Assembly: GCA_964016885.1 (NCBI GenBank)
Contig: CAXHJY010001680.1
Location: 1 to 39,207 of the forward strand
Source: Eledone cirrhosa
Taxonomy: Eukaryota
DNA length: 39,207 nt
Direction: 5' to 3'
Of this stretch, positions 25,409 through 39,207 are shown in pieces. Both the position numbers and the translations under genes were made by a program. Within the stretch, counting starts at the first letter, position 1. Every line of letters begins with the position of its first letter. The notes below the pieces were generated by a model. The model saw nothing but the letters and a program-made list of their open reading frames with translations, did not search any database and was not told the origin of the DNA.

Positions 25409-27390
25409 TATGATAGTATATTGTAGTGAGAGCCTGGTTTGAATGTATGTACCTTGCCTATGTGGATTACACCCAGTCTGATTTGGGGACTGACTTGCGC
25501 GTGGAACCTAGGCACAGCTGGGAGGGGGGGTATAGTTGACTAGCTACGAATATATGGAATATCTTATGACACCGGCTGGCTATAGATGCCCTCCTAGCTG
25601 TAACATCATGTTATTAGAAAACGGCTAATGCCCATTTGTTCCTGTTTTGGCGGTTTATACGCCCTGTTTTATTAGATTATCTTCTGTAGTAAAAAAAAAT
25701 ACTGTGAAAGTTACTAATACAATTCAATTATAAACTTGCTTTGCTCCTATCTCCTCTCACCAGTCAAACTAGTACACGACGCTGAAATATGGCTAATTTT
25801 TTTTTAAATCCTTAACTCTATTTTCCAAAAGTAATTATAATAAATTATCTTAATTAATTATAATAAATTACGTTAATTAATGAGATTGCTATTTTATTTC
25901 TTTGTTTCCAAAATTTATTTATTTCGTTTATAGATTCCATAAATAGATATTATTGTCAATATAGTATGTGTGTGTGTGTGTGTGTGTAGTTATGTATTTA
26001 TTTGTACATGTATTTGGTTATAGGTGTGTATGGGTAAATATTTGTAAGCATATAAATATAGAAGAGCATTCTGAAAAGTTATAGGCTGTCTGTGTATGTA
26101 TGTGCATGATGGCTGTGCAAGTGTCTGTATGCAAATGCGTATGGCACAGCATGTAATTATGTGTATTTCACTGCTCTAGCATCAATTCTTCAGCCTATGA
26201 ACTTTTCAGCCGAACTTCGTACATTCTTCAGTCATCCAACAACAGATGTTCTGACTGAATGGGCCTTGGTCGTGTTTGACGATGAGTGTTCCACTTGTTC
26301 AATCAATGCTCGTGAAATTAACGGGTAAATGGATGAGCATTCCACAGACACGTGTACTTTTAACATAATTCTCGGTGAAATTGAGCGTAACACCGTATGA
26401 GACAAGACTGACCTTTTCAATTAAAGGTACAGTCCATCCGATGGGATTTGAAAAAATATCCAATTTCTCTCACAAGGTATGAGGTCAATCAAGGATTATG
26501 GTGAAGGACACTTGTCTAAGATTCCAGGCAATAGGATCTGACAGAGAGCTTAATCATTGCGAACCTCTAACATGCTACATCCACACAACCTGAATATTAA
26601 CCACATCACTGTCAACATTACGAGGTCTGACACAGCCTTACAAAACGATTCTCTCTCTCTCTCTATTCCTCCTCCTTCCAATTTTTCCTAGTATTGCGCC
26701 CCACACACTACACTCATGCCCACAAAAAACCTACACATATACACATTCAACCACTCACTTATACATATATATATACAAACACACATATGCAATCACAAAC
26801 ATACACTTACAAAAATACAATCACACATACACACATGGACACACAGATATAATGCATATATTTATGTGAGCTTATGTGCGTGTGTGTGTAAATTTATGTA
26901 ATTGAATTTATGTGTGAATGAGATTGCATGCCTGTGCTTGTGTATGTATGATATATATATTTGTGTGTGTGTGAGAGAGAGAGAAGAAAAAAGGAAGAAA
27001 AATATATTGAATTTACGTGAATGTTTGTGATTGCAACGATTGTGTAAGTCTGTATACATATATGTGTGTGTGTGTGTTTGTGTATATGCATCTGTGTGTG
27101 TTTGTGTGTGTGTATATATGTATGTGCTTTATATGTATATACATTAAATTCATAACTCTTTCCCTCTTTTCTACCCACATATAGTCACCCACCGCCACCT
27201 CCACCCAAGACCATTAACTCCATCTGTCTAGCCATTAATTACTAGGTTATAATTACTATTTCAGTAATTATAGAATAATTACTTCTATATCTTCGAAGCA
27301 AATTAATCTATTAAGTGTTTTCTGTCACCAACTCATGTTTGAGCCAATACGAAGTTTAAGAGTTGGTGAAGGAATCTGATGAGGTATTGT

Positions 27391-27454
27391 GGTGAATTGC
27401 TGCATGAATTTGATAGAAAGAGGGTGAATTGCTGCATGAGTTTGATAGAAAGAG
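27391..27454. repeat. Tandem duplication, 2 x 32 bp
   Basis: GGTGAATTGCTGCATGA(A/G)TTTGATAGAAAGAG twice. Confidence 0.9.
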
Positions 27455-27964
27455 GGGCTTTAGAAATAAAACAATCAGGATGCTCTTAATACAATAACAC
27501 ACCTTTTTTTAAAAAATGAAATATTAATTTATTTCTAGTATTGCATGTAAAGGTGCCATATTGTTTTTAGCGGCCTAAATCTGACATGCACCAAGAAACC
27601 TATTTTGAAATATACCCAAATTCCATTCTTTTTGTATTTGGTGATGAGGTGGGGTAGCAATAAACTAGGTACATGGGAGGGGGAAATTGATTATATCGAC
27701 TCCAGTATTTCACTGGTACTCTATTTTATTTTACAAGATTCTTGATGGGAAATCGTGAGCTGAACCAGGTATGTGTACACATTGTGGCATGCTGCCAATA
27801 AACACACACACACAGCAGTTAAGATTTAAAATCAAAACAAGGAGACACGGAGTAGTAAGAATAATGATTGAGAAGGTCGCAGAATGTGTGACGAAAGAGT
27901 TTGACAATTGAACAACCATCCTGTCACTAAACTAACCGAGGAATGAATGAGTTACCTAGCTGAT

Positions 27965-28448
27965 GATAGTTTCTGATTTTGGCACAAAGCCAGCAATTTG
28001 AGGGGAGGGGGAAATCGATTATGTCGACCCCTGTATTTGACTGGTACTATATTTTATCGACCCCAGAAGGATGAAAGACAAATATGTCCTCGGATGGACT
28101 TGAACTTGAGCACGAACAACGACAACGAATACTGCGAAGCATTCTATCCGACGACCTACCGATTCTTTCAATCCACCACCATTTACCTAACAATAATTAA
28201 TTGTTTCTACTTTTGGCAGAAGGCCAGCAATTACCCAGAACATTACTGGTACTTTATTTTATCGACCCCGTCAGGATGAAAGGCAAAGTTAACCTTGGCG
28301 GGATTTGAACTCAGTCTGTAAAGGGACGTAACTCTATGCTGGAAATCATGGCGTCCGGATCTCTAACGATACAGCCAATCCATGGTTTCTGATTTAGGCC
28401 CAATGCCAACAAATTTGCGAGGAGAGCAAAGTCGATTAAATCGACCCT
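27965..28448 (-). mobile_element. Tandem S1 SINE cluster (27965-28180, 28197-28380, 28381-28448)
   Basis: Repeated TTTCT..TTTGGCAC/GAAGGCCAGCAATT ends and ATCGACCCC..AGGATGAAAG cores. Confidence 0.8.
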
Positions 28449-28710
28449 CGTGCGTATGTTTTTATTAGCAGCATGACCCTCCCAAAGTATAACTTCATAC
28501 ATTAGTGTTTATACACATTACATTGTCGATTGATTATTTTCTGTTCCCAAATCATAAATTTACTCAATACACCACTTATGTTCGAAGTGTATCTAATCTG
28601 ATATATGAGAGGAGATTGGCACTGGCAAACATTTCTAAAGCCCATTGAAATGTTTTGAGTGATACCTCATCGACTGGCTCCCTCAATTACGGAAATGTGA
28701 TTAATTAATT

Positions 28711-29077
28711 CACCTTGATCACCTTGACCGACCAGTCTGTCGGGCGCCACTCGGCGCCGCTGGTCACAGCTTTTGCTGTTTTAGCCATACGATGACGCCA
28801 TCCCACTGGCTGGGCGGGCAGGCCGTAAGTCTGTCTTAAGCCAGAAGGCTCATTTGGCCGGTGCTTATCCCGGCTTCATGGCGTGAAGCGACTGAGAGGA
28901 CGCCAGTCCATCGCAGGGTTAAACCTCCAGTTATTGCTGGTACTCATTTTCAGCTGAGTAAACTGGAGCAACGTGAAATAAAGTGCCTTGCTCAAGGAAA
29001 CAACACATCACTCGGTCCGAGAATTGAACTCACAACCTTTCGATTGCAAGCCCAATGCTCTAACCACTAAGCCATGC
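28711..29077 (-). mobile_element. Full-length tRNA-derived SINE S2 with 12-bp TSD
   Basis: Minus: A box TGGCTTAGTGG, B box GAGTTCAATTC, CORE-like CCTTGAGCAAGGCACTT, tail TCAAGGTGATCAAGGTG; TSD GATTAATTAATT at 28699-28710 and 29078-29089. Confidence 0.9.
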
Positions 29078-29621
29078 GATTAATTAATTAATATGTCCTA
29101 ATACATTAAATTATACCACTATATCAATATATGGTATGTTATGGGGTGGGGTTGCTGAGGTTTCGACCGGAACATTCCACAAGTACTCTTTCATAATATC
29201 TGTGCAGATGCCCTCCGCATCATTGTAACCTTTTATATTTTTATCCTCAAGACTACCCTTTCTCTGTATTGCATTATATAATGGTTTGACCATTACATCA
29301 TGCTTCATAGGTAGAGAACATAGTGATGACATCTTTGGACAACTGCCTAACATATGTGTGATATCTTCAATGTTTATTCCGCAGAGTCTGCATCTGTTGT
29401 CACATCTGTTGTCACATCTATGTATTTTGCTTCCATATCTGTCTTTTGGGTATCAGGTATTTTGTTGTTATTTCATCGCGAGAGCTAATATACAGGTAGG
29501 TAGGCATGTGTGTATGTATGGATGTGTATGGATGGATGTATGTATGTACGTATGTATCACTGTATATATGTATCTGATTGCAATTTGTATTTATGTACAT
29601 ACATGTATGTGCGTGTGCCAG

Positions 29622-29680
<59 letters not shown>

Positions 29681-29787
29681 GGTTCCACATATTACTGGTA
29701 GATATACTGTGATGATGTATGCATGGGTTTATGAGTGGAAGTCATAGTGTACATGCCATAGTGTACATGTCATAGTGTATATATACA

Positions 29788-29824
<37 letters not shown>

Positions 29825-29851
29825 ATATATATATATACACCCACACACATA

Positions 29852-29903
<52 letters not shown>

Positions 29904-30107
29904 GTAATTGTTTTCACCGCTCCAAATATTGACGTATTATCTTCGTTTTTTTCACGAACCAAAGTGTTGTCCTCCTGTCTTCCTCCGGCTGCACGTTTTT
30001 TGAAATATTTACTTCTACGTTCACAGATTGACTTTTTAGTTTCAGAAGATCCCGTTAGGGTGAAAGCAGCAATTCTTTGCTTAAACTTTAATCTGTTATT
30101 TTAATAA

Positions 30108-30145
<38 letters not shown>

Positions 30146-30304
30146 TTATATATATATTTATATATATATATATTTATATATATATATATTTATATATATA
30201 TATATTTATATATATATATATATATAAATATATATATATATAAATATATATATAAATATATATATAAATATATATATAAATATATATATAAATATATATA
30301 TATA

Positions 30305-30388
<84 letters not shown>

Positions 30389-30436
30389 AATATATATAAA
30401 TATATATATAAATATATTTATATATATAAATATATT

Positions 30437-30491
<55 letters not shown>

Positions 30492-30492
30492 T

Positions 30493-30619
<127 letters not shown>

Positions 30620-30750
30620 TTATATATATATTTATATATTTATATATATATATATTTATTTATATATTTATATATATATTTATATATATATATATTTATA
30701 TATATATTTATATTTATATATATATATATTTATATATATATATTTATATT

Positions 30751-30867
<117 letters not shown>

Positions 30868-30868
30868 T

Positions 30869-30899
<31 letters not shown>

Positions 30900-30906
30900 T
30901 TATATT

Positions 30907-30959
<53 letters not shown>

Positions 30960-31062
30960 TTATATTTATATATATATATATATATTTATATATTTATATA
31001 TATATTTATATATATATTTATATATATATTTATATATTTATATATATATTTATATATATATT

Positions 31063-31113
<51 letters not shown>

Positions 31114-31120
31114 TTATATT

Positions 31121-31171
<51 letters not shown>

Positions 31172-31172
31172 T

Positions 31173-31223
<51 letters not shown>

Positions 31224-31252
31224 TTATATTTATATATATATATATTTATATT

Positions 31253-31307
<55 letters not shown>

Positions 31308-31308
31308 T

Positions 31309-31339
<31 letters not shown>

Positions 31340-31340
31340 T

Positions 31341-31371
<31 letters not shown>

Positions 31372-31372
31372 T

Positions 31373-31405
<33 letters not shown>

Positions 31406-31406
31406 G

Positions 31407-31533
<127 letters not shown>

Positions 31534-32105
31534 TTATATATATTTATATATATATTTATATATATATTTATATATTTATATATATATTTATATATATATT
31601 TATATATATATATTTATATATATATTTATTTATATATATATTTATTTATATATATATTTATTTATATATATATTTATATATATATATTTATATATATATA
31701 TTTATATATATATATTTATATATATATATTTATATATATATATTTATATATATGTAGATAAATCTACCAAGAGTTTACGGTAGTGTCCAATCCGTATGAA
31801 GAACTCAATGTAATCCGGATATCATGGAAAGAAGAGATGCAATGAAAAATCACTTTCGGTGAAAGATAAACGGAATACAGAGTCAAGATATAATATTAAA
31901 AAAATAAAAGCCAATTCTAACACATATATGTCCCAGAAACGATCGTTAAATAATGAACTTTTTTTGTTTAATACAAGGAACTGTTTCATTGTTTTATTCA
32001 TTATTTTTTTAATATTTTATATTTATATATATATATTTATATATATATTTATATATATATATTTATATATATATTTATATATATATATATATTTATATAT
32101 ATATT

Positions 32106-32142
<37 letters not shown>

Positions 32143-32227
32143 ATATATATATTTATATAGATATTTATATATATATTTATATAAATATTTATATATAGAT
32201 ATTTATATAGATATTTATATAGATATT

Positions 32228-32582
<355 letters not shown>

Positions 32583-32583
32583 T

Positions 32584-32614
<31 letters not shown>

Positions 32615-32620
32615 TTATAT

Positions 32621-32801
32621 ATAGGAACGAGTGGGACCCCGACGGCTGAGCTCAAGCCGTTTCGACGGCTAATTCTGGACAGAAACGGCTTGAGCTCAGC
32701 CGTCGGGGTCCCACTCGTTCTTATTACCTACTCTACTACTCTAAGTATTGAGTACTTTGGTGCGTTATGGTCTACCTGGTTCCTTACCACATTTCTTCCG
32801 T
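32621..32801 (+). mobile_element. Fold-back element, family D, copy 2
   Basis: 43-bp arms 32621-32663 and 32682-32724 (one mismatch); tail homologous to 20822-20899. Confidence 0.9.
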
Positions 32802-32807
32802 TATATT

Positions 32808-32844
<37 letters not shown>

Positions 32845-32913
32845 TTATATATATATATATATTTATATATATATTTATATATATATTTATATATATATTT
32901 ATATTTATATATA

Positions 32914-32956
<43 letters not shown>

Positions 32957-33127
32957 TTATATATTTATTTATATATATATTTATATATTTATTTATATAT
33001 TTATTTATATATATATTTATATATATTTATATATATATATTTATATATATATTTATATATTTATTTATATATATATTTATATATATATATATATTTATAT
33101 ATATTTATATATATTTATATATATATT

Positions 33128-33162
<35 letters not shown>

Positions 33163-33295
33163 TTATATATATATTTATATATTTATTTATATATATATTT
33201 ATATATTTATTTATATATTTATTTATATATATATTTATATATATTTATATATATATATTTATATATATATTTATATATTTATTTATATATATATT

Positions 33296-33326
<31 letters not shown>

Positions 33327-33361
33327 TTATATATATTTATATATATATTTATATATATATT

Positions 33362-33394
<33 letters not shown>

Positions 33395-33718
33395 TTATAT
33401 ATATATTTATATATTTATTTATATATATATTTATATATTTATTTATATATATATTTATATATATATATATATTTATATATATTATATATATTTATATATA
33501 TATTTATATTTATATATATTTATATTTATATATATTTATATATATATTTATATATATATATATTTATATATATATTTATATATATATATTTATATATATA
33601 TTTATATATATATATTTATATATTTATATTTATATATATATATATTTATATATTTATATTTATATATATATATATTTATATATATATATTTATATATATA
33701 TATTTATATATATATATT

Positions 33719-33751
<33 letters not shown>

Positions 33752-33762
33752 ATTTATATATA

Positions 33763-33812
<50 letters not shown>

Positions 33813-33813
33813 A

Positions 33814-33930
33814 AGGCGCGTGGCCGAGTTGTTAGAGAACTGGATTCGCAATGGTGAGGTTGTGAGTTCGATTCCCGAACCGGGCGATGCGGTGTGTTCT
33901 TGGGCAAGACACTTTATTTCACGTTGCTCC
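33814..33930 (+). mobile_element. tRNA-derived SINE S2, 5' part
   Basis: GGCGCGTGGCCGAGTTGTTAGAG..GAGTTCGATTCCC..TTCTTGGGCAAGACACTTTATTTCACGTTGCTCC. Confidence 0.85.
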
Positions 33931-34090
33931 TTCTACCTGGAGTTGCGACCGATAGATAGTATTAGCAATTGGAAAGACCAATGGAAACATTATTTCCTCG
34001 GTCCGATTTGACGAAAGTCGATCGACTGTCGATATATATATTTATATATATATTTATATTTATATATATATTTATATATATATTTATATT

Positions 34091-34123
<33 letters not shown>

Positions 34124-34232
34124 ATTTATATATATATTTATATATATATTTATATTTATATATTTATATTTATATATTTATATTTATATATATATATATT
34201 TATATATATTTATATTTATATATATATATATT

Positions 34233-34265
<33 letters not shown>

Positions 34266-34420
34266 ATTTATATTTATATATATATTTATATTTATATATA
34301 TATTTATATATATATTTATATATTTATATTTATATATATATTTATATATATATTTATATATTTATATTTATATATATTTATATTTATATATATATATTTA
34401 TATTTATATATATTTATATT

Positions 34421-34473
<53 letters not shown>

Positions 34474-34529
34474 TTATATATATATATATATATATATATT
34501 AATAAAATAGATGTTCTTTTGATCAATTA

Positions 34530-34584
34530 CATTTTATTATACATATTTCGGATGTACAACAGTACGTCCTCATCAGACAAAATA
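34530..34584 (-). ncRNA. Type I minimal hammerhead ribozyme
   Basis: Exact reverse complement of 34704-34758. Confidence 0.87.
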
Positions 34585-34703
34585 TAATGATACATGACAT
34601 ACCCTGAGATATTAAATGGTTAAGATTTAATCAGGGTATTAAATCTTAACCATTTGATTAAATCTTAACCATTTAACATCTCAGGGTATGTCATGTATCA
34701 TTA

Positions 34704-34758
34704 TATTTTGTCTGATGAGGACGTACTGTTGTACATCCGAAATATGTATAATAAAATG
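34704..34758 (+). ncRNA. Type I minimal hammerhead ribozyme
   Basis: TATTTTGT-CTGATGA(34712-34718)-GGACGTAC tgtt GTACATCC-GAAA(34739-34742)-TATGTA-TA-ATAAAATG; helix I extends to 11 bp. Confidence 0.88.
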
Positions 34759-34920
34759 TAATTAATCAAAAGAACATCTATTTTATTAATATTTGTATTT
34801 TAATATTAATAACTCTGAAAAAATATTTTTCGTAGAGTGCTTCCAATCTACTGTAAAACTCATTCTTTGATGTACTCATTGAATCTTGTTTAACTCTTTA
34901 ATATATATATATATATATAT

Positions 34921-35055
34921 ATAATATAAGATCAAAAGATGGTTAAAGGAGTGGTTTTGATCTTATATTATGCATACTCCAGTCCTACAAACTGTAGAGT
35001 GCTTCTTATCCGATATCTTCATTGCTTTATTGTACTACAATAAAACTCACCTCCT
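34921..35055 (+). mobile_element. Family A element with the palindrome centre (both hammerheads) deleted
   Basis: Same start ATAATATAAGATCAAAAGATGGTTAA and same tail as 17889-18293; only 17-bp arms remain. Confidence 0.85.
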
Positions 35056-35163
35056 ACATATATATATATATATATATATATAAATATAAATTAGCGAGAA
35101 TCGTATTTCACCTCAGGAATTAACGAAAAACAACTTCCGAGATGTGTGGCAAGCGCTCGATGA

Positions 35164-35210
<47 letters not shown>

Positions 35211-35818
35211 GTGATTACACAACAGTTAGTTCACCATACAGAGAACAATTGTTTCACCTTAGCGGATTCCCAGCTCGTAATGAACATGGTTATACGTCCC
35301 ATGGACTGAGAGCTCTACCACTACGGATATTACCTTCCAGTGTTCTACCACTATATATATATAGATAGATTGGAGTTATCTTTTCCTTTACAATCGAGCA
35401 AACACAATTGACAACCTATATGATAAACTATATAACTTCGCTAAATTAACAATACTCTGAAAACATTTTCAATGTTGGAACAAAATGTTTGAATCTACAA
35501 ATTGTTCTCCTCTTACAACTTGAACTATGTCTTTTTCTTAAATATTTATGTAAAATCAGAATCCTCCGTAACTCAAATGAGAAATGTAAACAATTAATAC
35601 GTGGTTTATTTCTATAAAATCACCAATAATACTTATACTTGCACAATTATTAATCTATTTATATACTTACAACCTGTTCTAATGTAATAAGATAAAATGT
35701 ACTTACAACGATAATTCTTCATATAATCTAATTGATTATATATACAATATTATAACTCATAATATAGCTAAATAATTTTTTTTAAATTCTGTAATCATTC
35801 TCTACCATTCCTACAAAC

Positions 35819-36300
35819 TGTTAATCCTTTTTTAATTAACGTAAATACAAGCTCTTCTTTCTTTCTTTTTTCTTCCTACACATACATACATATATCCTAA
35901 TAATTATTTAAATCTACATAGCGTCTAAAGATGACGTTTTTTTTTCAGCCCTATACCTCAACCTCATTTGCATACTCATCTTAATAATTTGAAATATTTG
36001 ACTTTTCTTCTCTTTCCCTTCTTTCCTTTACTATCCAGGAAAAACTTGAACCGTTAAGATCCTATTCCTGGGTATGTCAATATTTATAAAACAAACTTTG
36101 TATTTTATCTGAAGAGAGCGTACCAAAGTTTTGGTACCCTTGAAATATATATAATAGAATAAATATGGTTTTATAAATATAGTTTCCATTTATTTAATAT
36201 CATTGAATATTATACTCCAGAAAAACTGTTGAGTGCTTTGAATCAGTTATTAACATTTATATTTGTTGAATTACCAACAAATTAAATATCCCTTTTGCCT
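35819..36300 (+). mobile_element. Hammerhead-bearing element, family C, copy 2
   Basis: Reverse-complement homologue of 2243-2713. Confidence 0.8.
36101..36161 (+). ncRNA. Type I minimal hammerhead ribozyme (CUGAAGA core)
   Basis: TATTTTAT-CTGAAGA-GAGCGTACCAA agtt TTGGTACCCTT-GAAA-TATATA-TA-ATAGAATA. Confidence 0.85.
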
Positions 36301-37109
36301 TTCTATATTTGTGTGTGTGTGTGTGTGTGTGTGTGTATTGGTGCATGTATGACAGAATGTTATATAATTTTTGCTGCGCATGCTGTATATACGTACGTTT
36401 GGGTATTTTTTGCGACGCTGCTATAAACATACATGTGCATAATTACATTGAGCTATATCTTTACTGTCATTTCTATAATATGAAGAGGGTGTTTAACTCC
36501 AACACACTCTAGCATTTTAATTCTTGTACATATGTGTGTGTGTGTGTGTGTGTGTGTGTAGCCATGACAAAACAATATCAAGTATGTGTTTGTGTCTGTT
36601 TCAATTTTTGCTACGCATTCTGTTTTTTTTTCTTTTTTTGTCTTTTGTTTTTTTTTCTTTTTGGTTGCATCACTGATGTCTACACGCATGGATATACACA
36701 ACACACACACACACATGTATGTGTGTTGTATACACACACACACACATGTATGTGTGTTGTATATATGCGTGTATTTATTGACGTAAACAATATATATTTG
36801 TTGTATGTTCCTGCGTGTGCGTGTGTCTGTTTGCAGTGTGTGAATGTACGCAGCCTTTGTGTACGGATTCAAACACTAACGACCGTTGCTAACGGCGGTG
36901 TGTTTACCAACAGTAACCACCACCACCACCCTAACATGGCACCCACGTGACATTGTTATGTCTGCTGCGGATATGAGTCGTAACGGCTGCTGCTGTCTGT
37001 CTGTCTCCTCATACTACAACTATTCCACCCCTACTTATCATTATTACATTACTACTGCCGCCGCCATCACTACCTTCACTACTGCTGCCACCACACTCAC
37101 CATTACTAC

Positions 37110-37460
37110 TGCCACTACAGCCACCACCACCACCATCACTACAGCCACCACCAACACCACCACTACAGCCACCACCAACACCACCACTACAGCCACCACC
37201 AACACCACCACTACAGCCACCACCAACACCACCACTACAGCCACCACCAACACCACCACTACAGCCACCACCAACACCACCACTACAGCCACCACCAACA
37301 CCACCACTACAGCCACCACCAACACCACCACTACAGCCACCACCACCACCACCACCACTACAGCCACCACCACCACCACCACTACAGCCACCACCACCAC
37401 CACCACTACAGCCACCACCACCACCACCACTACAGCCACCACCACCACCATCACTACTAC
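37110..37460. repeat. Minisatellite, 21-bp unit ACTACAGCCACCACCAACACC, in an (ACC)n region
   Basis: About nine exact units, then (ACC)-homogenised variants. Confidence 0.92.
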
Positions 37461-37852
37461 AAGTGCACAGTCATGTCTACACATGCTGTGCAACGTGTCC
37501 GCCCTGTCCAATCCGTTGCAGCTGACTAACTACGACCATTGCCACCATCATTACTACCGCCACCACCACCACAACTACAACTATTACCACCATCACTATC
37601 ACCACACCGCCACCAACATAATCACTACCATTACGAGTCAGTAAGGGGGTGAGCCGCTATGCGGTTAATCAAACGACATACTAAAAATAGCAGTCAAATC
37701 ACACCCAACTGTCTCAAAAAGCATGCGTATATATATATATATATATATACATACATACTTTCTATATATATGTGTGCGTATTTACATGCGGTTGTGTGTC
37801 TGTGTGCGTGTTCGTGTATGTAAGGGTGTGATCTTGTGAGTGCGCGCGCGCA

Positions 37853-37952
<100 letters not shown>

Positions 37953-38183
37953 GATAACAAGTTATCGTTTTAGGTAATCCAGTTAGAGGTTGTGAGTACT
38001 CTGTGTTGGGGATAGTTTTAACGTGCGGCGTTATTTGGCTCAACAAGACGTTTCCTTAGTTAGGTGGCGAGTGTGCGAGAATTCCCATGTAGGTTATTCT
38101 TGGAGTAATAGTAGTGAAAGAATGAAGAGTAACATGGTCGGCTGTACAATTCTTCACTCTTACATTATATATATATATATAAT

Positions 38184-38435
38184 TTAAAGGTTAAACAAGG
38201 TTCAATGAATAAATCAAAGAATAAAGTTTTACAATAGATTGGAAGCACTCCACAGCTTTGGTTTTCCGGAGTTATTAATATTAATTCAAAATATTAACAG
38301 AAATAGATATTCGTGTGATCAAGTATATTTTATTATACATAGCTCAGTACCTCTGAAATATCTTCAACAGTACGTCCTCATCAGATAAAATAAAATGATG
38401 CATGACATACCCTGACTAAGTAGATGGTTAAGATT
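38184..38435 (-). mobile_element. Family B element, diverged single-arm copy with damaged hammerhead (38326-38392)
   Basis: Minus: TATTTTAT-CTGATGA-GGACGTACTGTTG..GAGC-TATGTA-TA-ATAAAATA; GAAA mutated and helix II disrupted. Confidence 0.75.
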
Positions 38436-38681
38436 CAGTCATGGCACTGAATAAGATATGACAAAACTCAATATTTATATACCTTAAGATTGAGACATGA
38501 AAGAATTACATATAATACAGAGGGTGCGTGTGAGAACGCTTATAAAAATACATAATAATAACCAACTACTAATATAATAGAAATTTACATAACTGTTAGA
38601 GATTCAAATAATTTAAATTATTGAAGAAAGAAGACAGACAGAGAGATAAACAGATGAGGAAAAAGATAGTTACTAGAAGTC

Positions 38682-38738
<57 letters not shown>

Positions 38739-39002
38739 TGTAATAAAGATCATAAGATAATTAGTTCATTTATCAAAGGTTTCACGACTACAGATGAGCC
38801 TGACACAGACGTCTGTCTTCGGTCGTCAGAAGAAAATTATTAAATGAAATAATTATCTTATGTTGTTTATTACATAACTAAAAAGCTCTGTATCCTACAT
38901 AGAGCACTCTCTTTTCCTTTACCTTTCCTATGGAAGCACTATATATATATACAGTATATATATATATATAATATATATATACAGTATATATATATATATA
39001 TA

Positions 39003-39090
39003 TCATCATCATCATTCGTCGACTACTGTCGAGATGATGGATCTCACTCTCATGCCCCAGAATTCGCTGTCCCCCATCGCTTCCCCCAGG
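39003..39090 (-). mobile_element. Very short 5'-truncated LINE 3' end with (TGA)n tail and TSD
   Basis: Minus encodes LGEAMGDSEFWGMRVRSIISTVVDE* then TGATGATGA; CAGTATATATATATATATA on both sides (38982, 39091). Confidence 0.65.
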
Positions 39091-39207
39091 CAGTATATAT
39101 ATATATATACAGTATATATATATACCTAAGAGAACATTAGTCTACGACTTCTTTTTACCATAAACGTGGTTCTGTCTTTGCGCGTAATTGTTTTTCACCG
39201 CTCCTAT

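Larger units (their letters stand above)
34497..34900 (+). mobile_element. Fold-back hammerhead element, family B
   Basis: Inverted arms ~34497-34632 and ~34656-34791, each with a hammerhead; ~110 bp tail; TA runs on both sides; homologous to 38184-38435. Confidence 0.88.

Noticed and set aside
27376-27966. CTGATGA at 27376 and 27960 (also CTGAAGA ~7584, CTGACGA ~22097) as hammerheads
   Set aside because: No paired helix II followed by GAAA and no closing helix I
28990-29077. tRNA genes here and at 33814 and 22500
   Set aside because: A/B boxes run directly into SINE bodies; no complete cloverleaf
31930-31975. GAAACGATCGTT hammerhead-like 3' half (similar cases at ~21062 and ~35245 minus)
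   Set aside because: No recognisable CUGANGA at the right spacing; may be relics but unsupported
35370-35820. Penelope GIY-YIG coding relic upstream of the family C hammerhead
   Set aside because: I found no recognisable motif by eye; a tblastn search would be needed
36886-37644. 252-aa Thr-rich mucin-like ORF
   Set aside because: Explained by an (ACC)n-derived minisatellite; no ATG start or domain, and the flanks are also low-complexity

Overview
Eukaryotic, AT-rich, repeat-dominated DNA with no supportable host protein-coding gene. The SINE, RTE-LINE and microsatellite content suggests an octopus or other coleoid cephalopod (inference). Nearly all long ORFs in the track are microsatellite artefacts. 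Real content: (i) kilobase-scale interrupted (TA)n arrays; (ii) decayed RTE-clade LINE fragments (RT, APE endonuclease, C-terminal C2H2 fingers) and a duplicated ~410-480 bp non-autonomous element that looks RTE-derived at both ends; (iii) two tRNA-derived SINE families, several copies with clear target-site duplications; (iv) most notably, several families of short non-coding elements sitting in (TA)n tracts that carry type I hammerhead ribozymes (six with intact cores plus decayed ones). These are often arranged as fold-back palindromes, resembling Penelope-like pseudo-LTRs. In one family the palindrome is centred on hammerhead helix II and has lost the CUGANGA half. All alignments and folds were done by eye; family names are recalled, not database-verified.
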